Of a stretch of 64,000 bases of DNA, positions 57,069-64,000 are shown piece after piece. The DNA is taken from positions 20,996-84,995 of IMG/VR virus record IMGVR_UViG_3300026488_000019, one strand, 5' to 3'. A model generated the notes under the pieces. That model searched no databases, was not told the DNA's origin, and worked only from the letters and a program-made list of their open reading frames with translations. How positions within the stretch are numbered: position 1 is the first letter of the stretch; every line of letters starts with the position of its first letter. Both the position numbers and the translations under genes were made by a program. The DNA comes from a virus.

Positions 57069-58358
57069 ATGAATGAAAAACCCAAGCTTTATTCTAAGGA
57101 GTTCCAATTTCAGGTTCTTTGTGCTTTAGTTCAAGACCCTCTCTTTAGGCTAGACTTTTTAATGCTCTTAAGCCAAGAAATGTTTGAGCCTCCTTACAAC
57201 TTGTTCTTCCAAGTTCTTCAAAGTTTATCTCCTGATGAGAACTTCCAACCTAAGCAATATCTGTTAGAGATAACTAACTACTTAGTTCAAGTTGGATTAG
57301 ATGATGAAAAGCAGAGAGAAATTATTTTAGAGGCTAAAAGACTCTTCAAAGAGTCTGTAGATGTTTCCTATGTAAAGGAAAGGGTAATCTACTTCCTTAA
57401 AGAAGTAGAAGTAAAAAGTTTTCTATCTGATATTCCAAGATTGGTTATGGAAGGAAAAGTAGGTTTTGTATTAGAAAAATTTGAATATATAAGCAGTATA
57501 GGAGCCTCTACTAGTAATGCTGTCAATTTGGGAGATTTAGATTTAGTTAGAGAGGAGCTAATAAAAAGGTATTCTCCTAGTGTACTAGTTTCAACAGGTT
57601 TTCCCACCTTAGACAACATTTTTTATGGAGGGTTTGCTCCAGGAGAGATACATGTAGTTCAAGCTCCTCCTAAGGCTGGTAAATCTGCTCTAGGAGTTAA
57701 TGTAGGAGCTATTAATGTTTTATTAGGTAAGAGGGTTTTACATGTTACTCTAGAGCTAACCCACTATGAAGTACTTATGAGGTATGTTCAAAGAATAGCT
57801 AGTATTAGCTATACAGATATACTTAAAATGGAAGAGGATGAGTGGAACTTGCTTAAGGAAAGGATTTATAATCAAGTTTTGAAAGATTATCTCTTTGTGC
57901 TCTACTATCCTGAAAAGTCTGCTTCAGCTATGGAAATTCACAGTTGGTTAACTAGGCAAAAGGTAGTAAGAGAATGGAAACCTGACTTCATAATTATAGA
58001 CTACGACGATTGTTTACTACCTTCATCAGGTAGTAAAGATAGCTTATATGAGGACTCAGGAGATATTTACTCAGATTTAATCAGATTAGCTGTAAAGTGG
58101 GATGTTCCCATCCTAACTTTCTCCCAACCAGTGAGAGATGCTTGGTCTAAACCTGATAAAGGAGAGGCAATAGAGCCTAACGACCTTGCACACTCAGCAA
58201 GGAAAGCTCACAGAAGTTGGAGTATTAGTTCATTAAACTTTAAAACTGGTTCTGAGGAAGGTTTCTTCTATCTTGGATTTAACAGGAGAGGTAAGAGTGG
58301 AGTAAGAATTCCACTAAAAAGGAAGCTAGAAATTATGTACATGGGGGAGGTTCAATGA
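57069..58358 (+). CDS. dnaB: Replicative DnaB-like helicase
   Basis: STGFPTLD, APPKAGKS, VTLEL, IIIDYDD and TFSQ motifs. Confidence 0.88.
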   Translation: MNEKPKLYSKEFQFQVLCALVQDPLFRLDFLMLLSQEMFEPPYNLFFQVLQSLSPDENFQPKQYLLEITNYLVQVGLDDEKQREIILEAKRLFKESVDVSYVKERVIYFLKEVEVKSFLSDIPRLVMEGKVGFVLEKFEYISSIGASTSNAVNLGDLDLVREELIKRYSPSVLVSTGFPTLDNIFYGGFAPGEIHVVQAPPKAGKSALGVNVGAINVLLGKRVLHVTLELTHYEVLMRYVQRIASISYTDILKMEEDEWNLLKERIYNQVLKDYLFVLYYPEKSASAMEIHSWLTRQKVVREWKPDFIIIDYDDCLLPSSGSKDSLYEDSGDIYSDLIRLAVKWDVPILTFSQPVRDAWSKPDKGEAIEPNDLAHSARKAHRSWSISSLNFKTGSEEGFFYLGFNRRGKSGVRIPLKRKLEIMYMGEVQ

Positions 58359-58618
58359 GAAAGATTGTACAAATTTTACCTGCTGAGAAAGTGCTTTCTA
58401 CTATTATGCAAGGATATAGAGCTATTACAGGGAATCCTCTAGTAATAGCTAAGTATTTCTCTAACATTGAGGTTTGGATTGCTAATTCCTTGAAGGAAGG
58501 GTTGAAAGAGGTTGAAATTAATTTACCTCTTAATGAGAAGTGGAAGTTTGGTATGTATGATGACAGAAGGTTTTATGTTAAGAATGGTGAAAAGAGTTAT
58601 TTAGTTGAACTTAAGTAA
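58355..58618 (+). CDS. Hypothetical protein
   Basis: GGAGG SD; ATGA overlap. Confidence 0.6.
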   Translation: MRKIVQILPAEKVLSTIMQGYRAITGNPLVIAKYFSNIEVWIANSLKEGLKEVEINLPLNEKWKFGMYDDRRFYVKNGEKSYLVELK

Positions 58619-58690
58619 AGTGAAGTTTGTTAACAAAAGTAATATAGTAATATTAGGAATAAAGCATGATGAAATTTAGGAGGGTATAGA

Positions 58691-58993
58691 ATGAGGAAAT
58701 ATCTTTTGGTATTCCTAACCCTAATAGGGGTAGCAACTTCTTACTCTTGTTCATGTGTTCCAAAGTCTTGTTCTAATCGCTTTGCTGATATTAGTAGAAA
58801 TATTGGTAACTCTTGTTTTAGAGTAAGATTATACTCTGGAGGAAAAGTTGTGGCTGAGTATTATACAGAGTACCCTAATACAATGCAGAATAGTGATGGT
58901 TGGCAGTTTGAAGATGTTGAAGGAAAATTTATAAGACTTTCTAGAAATGTTGAAATAGTAGAAGTTTCAAGAAGGTATTGCTTTAAGCAATAA
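58691..58993 (+). CDS. Putative secreted protein or lipoprotein
   Basis: Signal-like MRKYLLVFLTLIGVATSYSC. Confidence 0.55.
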   Translation: MRKYLLVFLTLIGVATSYSCSCVPKSCSNRFADISRNIGNSCFRVRLYSGGKVVAEYYTEYPNTMQNSDGWQFEDVEGKFIRLSRNVEIVEVSRRYCFKQ

Positions 58994-59020
58994 TTATCTA
59001 TCTGATAAATTGTAAGTAAA

Positions 59021-61720
59021 GTGAGGGATAAGATGAACTCCAGATGCGAAACTTGTAAGCTTTATAAACAATGTAAATCTCATTTTGTTAAACCAAGAGG
59101 TAATTTAGAAAATCCTAATATTATAATACTAGGAGAAGCCCCTGGAAAAACAGAAGACCTTGAAGGGAAACCTTTTGTAGGTAAGTCAGGTAAATTATTG
59201 GAAGAGGTATTTAGGCTCTTCAATAAGAAGTTTGAGGAAGTTTGCTACATAACTAATGTAGTTAAGTGTTGTCCTTATGTTGATCCTTTTAACCATAGTA
59301 AGGGAGTTAGACCTCCTACTGATAAGGAAATTGAGTGCTGTTTACCCTACTTGTTGGAAGAGCTTGAAAAGTTTAAAGGCAAAGATGTAGTTATAATGCC
59401 TTTAGGTAACACTGCTTTGAAAGGATTAGGTATAAAAGGTAAGATTTCTGAGTTAGCTGGTAAAGAACTAGAGTGGAAAGGATTTAAGGTTATACCTAAC
59501 TTCCATCCTGCTTCTATCTTGAGGAATCCTAAGTGGAAGCAGAAGTTTATATCAGTATTTGGTAAGGTACTAGACAATAGACAAGTGGAGTGGGAAAACT
59601 TAATCAAAGTTCTAGTTAACCAAGAAGTTGTTAACCTCTTACAAAGCAAATTAGAAGAAAATCCTGAGTGGTTCTGTTTTGACATAGAAACTACTGGATT
59701 TGATCCTTTCAAGAATGATGTTATTATGTTAACCTTCTCCTTCCCCAATGACCCTTATGGATATGTAATACCTCTTTACAATAAAGACCCTCTTCCAGGA
59801 GACAAGTATGAGAAGTTGGAAGTTTTACCTAATCCCTCCTACTCAGCTAAGATTCTTAAGCTTACTAAAGAGCTTCTTGAGAAAATTCCTGTAATAGGAC
59901 ACAACATAAAGTTTGACTTAAAGTTTATGGTAACTAAAGCAGGAGTAGATTTAACTAAAGTTAAGGTGAAAGATGATACTCTGTTCTTAGCTCATTTTGT
60001 ATTTAACAAGGTTCAACTTGGAGAGACTTTACAACTTAAAGACATAGCTGTTAAGGTATTAGGTTTAGATGGTAGATGGGATGAAGAAGTTAAGGAATAT
60101 TTAAAGTCAAGGTATCGTCTAAGGAAAGATAGACATTATGGAAATATTCCAACTTCTTTACTAATTAAGTATGCTGGATTTGATATTCTCTTTACTAAAG
60201 AGATTTATTTAGTGCTTTCTGAGAGAGTTAAAGTATTTAACTGTGACGAGATTAGGGGAGCTCTTAATAAGGCTACAATTATGATAGCTGAATCTGAAAT
60301 AAAAGGAGTTAAGGTAGATAAACAAGTTAGAGATTTTCTTGACTATAAATATCAGTCTGAAATAGAAAGAGCTGAAAAAGAGTTACAGGAATTACCCAAA
60401 ATTAAGGAATGGAAAGAACTAAGAAAAGTATCTTGGTTTAATCCTTCTTCTCAAAAACATCAAAAGGAGGTAGCATTTAAAGTCTACCAATTACCTGTAG
60501 TAGAAACAACTCAAAAAGGACAGCCTTCTTTAGGTAAGAATGCTATTAACATATATCTCTCCTCTCTTCCAGAAGGTTCAGAAGAAAAACGATTTATAGA
60601 ATTGTTTTACAGAATAAAACTTTTTAAAAAATTAAAGTCAACCTACATAGATGGATTTATAAGTAGTATAGACGACCTAGGGATGTATCATCCTGAATTC
60701 AACATAGCAGGAACAATAACAGGTAGATGGTCATCAGGATGGCATACTGTTGCATCAAAGTCCGACATTAAGAGAATGTTTGTTAGTAGATGGAAAGATA
60801 AAGGAGGACTTATAGTTAGCTTTGACTATTCTCAGTTAGAGGTTAGAATTGCCTCAAGTCTTTCCAATGAAACTAAACTCATAGAGGCTTATAAGCAAGG
60901 GGTAGATGTTCATAAAAGAACTGCTTCTATGATATTTAATAAGCCTATGGAAGAGATTACTAAGCAAGAAAGGAAGATTGCTAAAACTGTTGTGTTTGGA
61001 ATCCTTTATGGTAAAACAGCTAAGTCCTTAGCTGAGGATTTCAACATTAGCTTAGAGGAAGCTCAGCAATGGATGGATAATCTATTTGGAGGTTACTCCA
61101 ATCTTAGAAAATGGATAGAGAATCAGCACAGGTTTGTCTTACAAAATGGTTTTGTTGTAACAGCATTCAATAGAATTATTCCAGTTCCAATGGCTTTTGA
61201 ATCTGATAAGTGGAAGAAAGAGGAAGCCAAGCGTAAAGCTGTTAACTATCCTGTTCAATCCTCAGCTTCTGATTTAACTACTACTAGTGCAGTTAGACTC
61301 TGGGAGAATATGAAAAAATTAAATCTGAAGTCTGTTCTTATAGGAACTGTTCACGATGCTATTGTTATAGATGTTTATCCTGGAGAGTTAATTACAGTTT
61401 TTAACCTTGTGATTAAAAATGCTGAAATAATACCTATGAAAAAATATGAGTGGTTAACTTGTCCTATTAGGATAGATGCTACTATGGGAGATGGAAGCTG
61501 GTTTGGAGGAATAGAATGGGAGAGGAAAGTAGTTACTCCAGATTACCTTGAACTAGAAGGAACAGGGTTTGTAAGAGATTTATTGATGTTTAAACAGTTA
61601 ATGAAAATGAATTATAATTTTGAATATGAAAAGATAGGTGAAGAAGAATTTAATGAACCCAGTCTTGATCAGTTTATTTACTCCCCTAAGAAAGAAGTAT
61701 GGAGGGTTAAAATTTGGTAG
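59021..61720 (+). CDS. polA: Family A DNA polymerase with an N-terminal Fe-S uracil-DNA glycosylase domain and a 3'-5' exonuclease
   Basis: UDG: CxxC, GEAPG, PFVGKSG, NVVKC, HPA. Exonuclease: FDIETTG, HNIKFD, YAGFD. Polymerase: FDYSQLEVR, RKIAKTVVFGILYG, NYPVQS, VHDAI. Confidence 0.95.
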   Translation: MRDKMNSRCETCKLYKQCKSHFVKPRGNLENPNIIILGEAPGKTEDLEGKPFVGKSGKLLEEVFRLFNKKFEEVCYITNVVKCCPYVDPFNHSKGVRPPTDKEIECCLPYLLEELEKFKGKDVVIMPLGNTALKGLGIKGKISELAGKELEWKGFKVIPNFHPASILRNPKWKQKFISVFGKVLDNRQVEWENLIKVLVNQEVVNLLQSKLEENPEWFCFDIETTGFDPFKNDVIMLTFSFPNDPYGYVIPLYNKDPLPGDKYEKLEVLPNPSYSAKILKLTKELLEKIPVIGHNIKFDLKFMVTKAGVDLTKVKVKDDTLFLAHFVFNKVQLGETLQLKDIAVKVLGLDGRWDEEVKEYLKSRYRLRKDRHYGNIPTSLLIKYAGFDILFTKEIYLVLSERVKVFNCDEIRGALNKATIMIAESEIKGVKVDKQVRDFLDYKYQSEIERAEKELQELPKIKEWKELRKVSWFNPSSQKHQKEVAFKVYQLPVVETTQKGQPSLGKNAINIYLSSLPEGSEEKRFIELFYRIKLFKKLKSTYIDGFISSIDDLGMYHPEFNIAGTITGRWSSGWHTVASKSDIKRMFVSRWKDKGGLIVSFDYSQLEVRIASSLSNETKLIEAYKQGVDVHKRTASMIFNKPMEEITKQERKIAKTVVFGILYGKTAKSLAEDFNISLEEAQQWMDNLFGGYSNLRKWIENQHRFVLQNGFVVTAFNRIIPVPMAFESDKWKKEEAKRKAVNYPVQSSASDLTTTSAVRLWENMKKLNLKSVLIGTVHDAIVIDVYPGELITVFNLVIKNAEIIPMKKYEWLTCPIRIDATMGDGSWFGGIEWERKVVTPDYLELEGTGFVRDLLMFKQLMKMNYNFEYEKIGEEEFNEPSLDQFIYSPKKEVWRVKIW

Positions 61721-61744
61721 TAGGTAGGAAATTTACCTACTTTG
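61720..61744 (+). terminator. Probable terminator after polA
   Basis: GTAGGTA-N7-TACCTAC followed by TTT. Confidence 0.5.
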
Positions 61745-61756
61745 TAAGAAAACCAC

Positions 61757-61784
61757 TTGCCTTCTCTTGAAAAAGGCCTATAAT
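61757..61784 (+). promoter_or_regulatory. Sigma70-like promoter
   Basis: TTGCCT-N16-TATAAT upstream of 61822. Confidence 0.5.
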
Positions 61785-61821
61785 TATAGGTAAGGAAACA
61801 AAACTGGTTAGGGAGGAAGAG

Positions 61822-62532
61822 ATGAAAGAGGTAATCCTCAGCACAGTAAAAAATATGTATGGGGAAGAAGTCGTTGACAAAGCTCTCTACATTTACCCTG
61901 AAGAAGGTAAAATTTTGGTTGAAGAGCTGAACTGTTATTCATCAATTGATTTAGGAATGGGAACTTGTAGGTGTGTATCTCATCCGTTATGGAACGACTA
62001 CGAAATTTCCCCTGATGGAGCAAGGGAGTTAGTTAAAAAGGCTTATCAAGATGGTTATATTGATGAAAGAGAGCTTCAAAAAGTTTTAGGTCTTATTGAT
62101 AAAACAGAAGTGATAGCTAAAGAGTTAGAAAAGCAGAAAGAAGATTTTTATCACAAGAATCCAATTCAATTACTTCTTGACCATTTTGGTATTAAAAGTA
62201 AAGAAGAACTTGAAAATTACATTCTTGGCTGTTATAAACTTGGTATCAATCCTCTTCCTCCTCTTCGCAAAGTACTAAAAGAATATGGTTGGGATATATT
62301 CTATTTCCATCGTGGAAGGGATCTGAATGGTGATCCTGAACCGCTTGTTGGTGTTTCTGGAAAGACAATAGGTTGTTTTGTTTGGTGGGATGGTGAATGG
62401 GGAGAAGAACAACCTGTTGAAGTTATTTTAGAAGTTGGAGATGGGTTGGATTATGATAGATCTGAATCTGAAAATGAAGATATTGAGTGTGAAGACCCAA
62501 CAGCAGAAGTAGATTTCATTCCTGAAGAATGA
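61822..62532 (+). CDS. Acidic hypothetical protein
   Basis: GGAGG SD. Confidence 0.65.
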   Translation: MKEVILSTVKNMYGEEVVDKALYIYPEEGKILVEELNCYSSIDLGMGTCRCVSHPLWNDYEISPDGARELVKKAYQDGYIDERELQKVLGLIDKTEVIAKELEKQKEDFYHKNPIQLLLDHFGIKSKEELENYILGCYKLGINPLPPLRKVLKEYGWDIFYFHRGRDLNGDPEPLVGVSGKTIGCFVWWDGEWGEEQPVEVILEVGDGLDYDRSESENEDIECEDPTAEVDFIPEE

Positions 62533-62600
62533 AAAATTCATTTCTCAACCTCACAACTAGTTGTAAGGGTTTGTTCTAATTGACTTAGGAGGAGGTTAGG

Positions 62601-63425
62601 ATGATTAAAGTTCAAAAAAGAGGAGTAAGAAGAGGAAAGCAAAGAATTGTTATTTGCTTCTCAAATAATTTCAAAAAATGGTTATCAGTTCCAATATCAA
62701 TATCTGAAAAAGTTGTTCAGCATATCAAACAATGCAATAATATTAGTGAAGTTAACGATGTTTTAAAGTCTTTTGGACTCCCTGAAATATCAGAACAAGA
62801 AGTTTATGCTGTATCTCTTGAGAGCCATGTTCATAAATTTTTGCAGAAAAAGCCTAAAGAATTAGACTATGATGAACTTTATCAAGAATTATTTTTAAAA
62901 GGTTTGGAACTTCTTAACTCTCCACAAGTTAGAATTTTACCTGAATCCCAGAGATGGAAGTATATCAAAACTGCTTTACACAACCATATAAAAGACTTAC
63001 TAAATTCTCAACCTAAAGAAGTACCTCTTTCAGAAGTGGTAGAACCTGAAAGTCAACTTTCCTTTATAGAACAAGTATTATCGCCCTATACTAATGTTAG
63101 CAAGTCTCCAATTCCAGTGGTTAAATTTATTAATCCAGAAACCTATGCTATTGGTAAGGAATTGATTGATAAAATAATGGCTTGGGCTGAAACTCAAGAT
63201 GAAGGGACAAGAATTTTCTTTGAAGAATATTTTAATCCAAGTCCTGAAGTGTTAGAGTATATGGAAAAACAAACTAATAAGGGGACTTGGAAGAATAGGA
63301 AGTTTGAACCTCTATTCTTAGCAAAGGTGTTAACTGAAATAGGTAAGTGGAAGTATAAAGATGGTAGAGATAAGTGGTTGAAGATTAGGAAAAAGTTAAC
63401 TAAAGATTTAGGATTGGCTCTTTAG
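62601..63425 (+). CDS. Putative phage sigma factor (ECF / sigma70 region-2-like)
   Basis: DYDELYQELFLKGLELL...WKYIKTALHNHIKDLL resembles regions 2.2-2.4. Confidence 0.55.
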   Translation: MIKVQKRGVRRGKQRIVICFSNNFKKWLSVPISISEKVVQHIKQCNNISEVNDVLKSFGLPEISEQEVYAVSLESHVHKFLQKKPKELDYDELYQELFLKGLELLNSPQVRILPESQRWKYIKTALHNHIKDLLNSQPKEVPLSEVVEPESQLSFIEQVLSPYTNVSKSPIPVVKFINPETYAIGKELIDKIMAWAETQDEGTRIFFEEYFNPSPEVLEYMEKQTNKGTWKNRKFEPLFLAKVLTEIGKWKYKDGRDKWLKIRKKLTKDLGLAL

Positions 63426-63452
63426 AGCCAATCCGATTTTTTACTTTTTAAT

Positions 63453-63806
63453 TTGAAAGGGGTGGTTATGAAGAAAATTAAATGTCTAATCAAGATTCTC
63501 CTTACTCCTAGCATTTGGATAAGGAATTTTCCTTCTTCTAAATTTATGGATGGTTTAGTTGATCTTCTAATTAAAGCAGATCCTGAAATAGAGTTTTATG
63601 ATGGATATAAGGTTAAGTTTAAAGGGTTTGATTTTATCTTATGGGTGGCTAATAGACCTTATGCTTCTCCTCATTTACATAAAGATCCTTACTTAGAGTT
63701 TCTCCCTTCTAGATGTAAAGCTTTGGAGTTCTTTGAGTGGTTTGACAAGAAGGTAGTTGATTATTTAGCTAAAAAGTTTCAAGAATTAGCAATGGAGGGA
63801 GAATAA
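63453..63806 (+). CDS. Hypothetical protein
   Basis: ORF in the operon; LWVANRPYA. Confidence 0.55.
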   Translation: MKGVVMKKIKCLIKILLTPSIWIRNFPSSKFMDGLVDLLIKADPEIEFYDGYKVKFKGFDFILWVANRPYASPHLHKDPYLEFLPSRCKALEFFEWFDKKVVDYLAKKFQELAMEGE

Positions 63807-64000
63807 TGAAAGTTCTTTATTATTCTGATATTCATTTTAGGGAGAAAGGGTCATTTATTCCTTGGAATAGGCTAGAGAATCGCTTCACAAAGGAGTTAAA
63901 TCGTATCTTAAATTCAATGTACTGGTTATCAGAGATTGTAGAGGTTGAAAAACCTGATTTATTACTTTGCTTAGGAGATATATTCAACAATTTGGTAATC
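63806..64000 (+). CDS. Mre11/SbcD (gp47-like) nuclease, N-terminal part (truncated by the window)
   Basis: MKVLYYSDIHLG...EKPDLLLCLGDIFN. Confidence 0.8.
   Translation, partial: MKVLYYSDIHFREKGSFIPWNRLENRFTKELNRILNSMYWLSEIVEVEKPDLLLCLGDIFNNLVI

Noticed and set aside
579-62023. Short antisense ORFs in the track (e.g. 579-785, 7408-7713, 17717-18073, 43559-43849, 59347-59748)
   Set aside because: They are shadows on the opposite strand of well-supported genes, Ser/Leu-rich, with no SD or motifs.
3178-62532. Genome-wide UGA reassignment (code 4 or 25)
   Set aside because: Only two in-frame TGAs were found. TGG and GGA are used normally, and several genes end in TGA, often in ATGA overlaps. 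A suppressor tRNA outside the window cannot be excluded.
62530-62575. Hairpin after the TGA ending ORF 61822-62532 as a third SECIS
   Set aside because: The loop (CUAG) is further from the UGA and does not start with G/GU, and another TGA follows 17 codons later. More likely a terminator-like structure.

Overview
A 64-kb, AT-rich piece of a large contractile-tailed dsDNA phage with a T4-like morphogenesis module. The host is probably a thermophilic, microaerobic bacterium (Aquificae-like); this is inferred from Lys/Glu-rich proteins, GGAGG ribosome-binding sites, a class Ia RNR and a UDG-PolA fusion. Positions 1-37.9 kb read on the minus strand: tail fibre, baseplate, tape measure, tube, sheath, neck, capsid, protease, portal and terminase, then nucleotide metabolism. 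Positions 38.1-64 kb read on the plus strand: regulators, AEP primase-polymerase, SSB, RecA, helicases, primase, dUTPase, exonuclease, PolA and a sigma-like factor. The main result is that two adjacent essential baseplate genes, the gp27-like hub and the gp5-like spike, are each interrupted by one in-frame UGA. Each UGA is followed by a hairpin whose GU-containing 4-nt loop sits at +17..+20, which fits a bacterial SECIS. This suggests selenocysteine (or other programmed UGA) recoding in virion proteins. Other features: a complete group I intron with a GIY-YIG endonuclease splitting the major capsid gene; an intein in nrdA; a DNA methyltransferase split at an A_AAA_AAG slippery site; two TnpBs, one in an IS whose removal restores a gene; an 8-copy promoter motif; a dispersed palindrome-flanked repeat; and a shared N-terminal motif that may target proteins to the capsid. 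All product calls come from motif recognition and gene order; no database searches were run.
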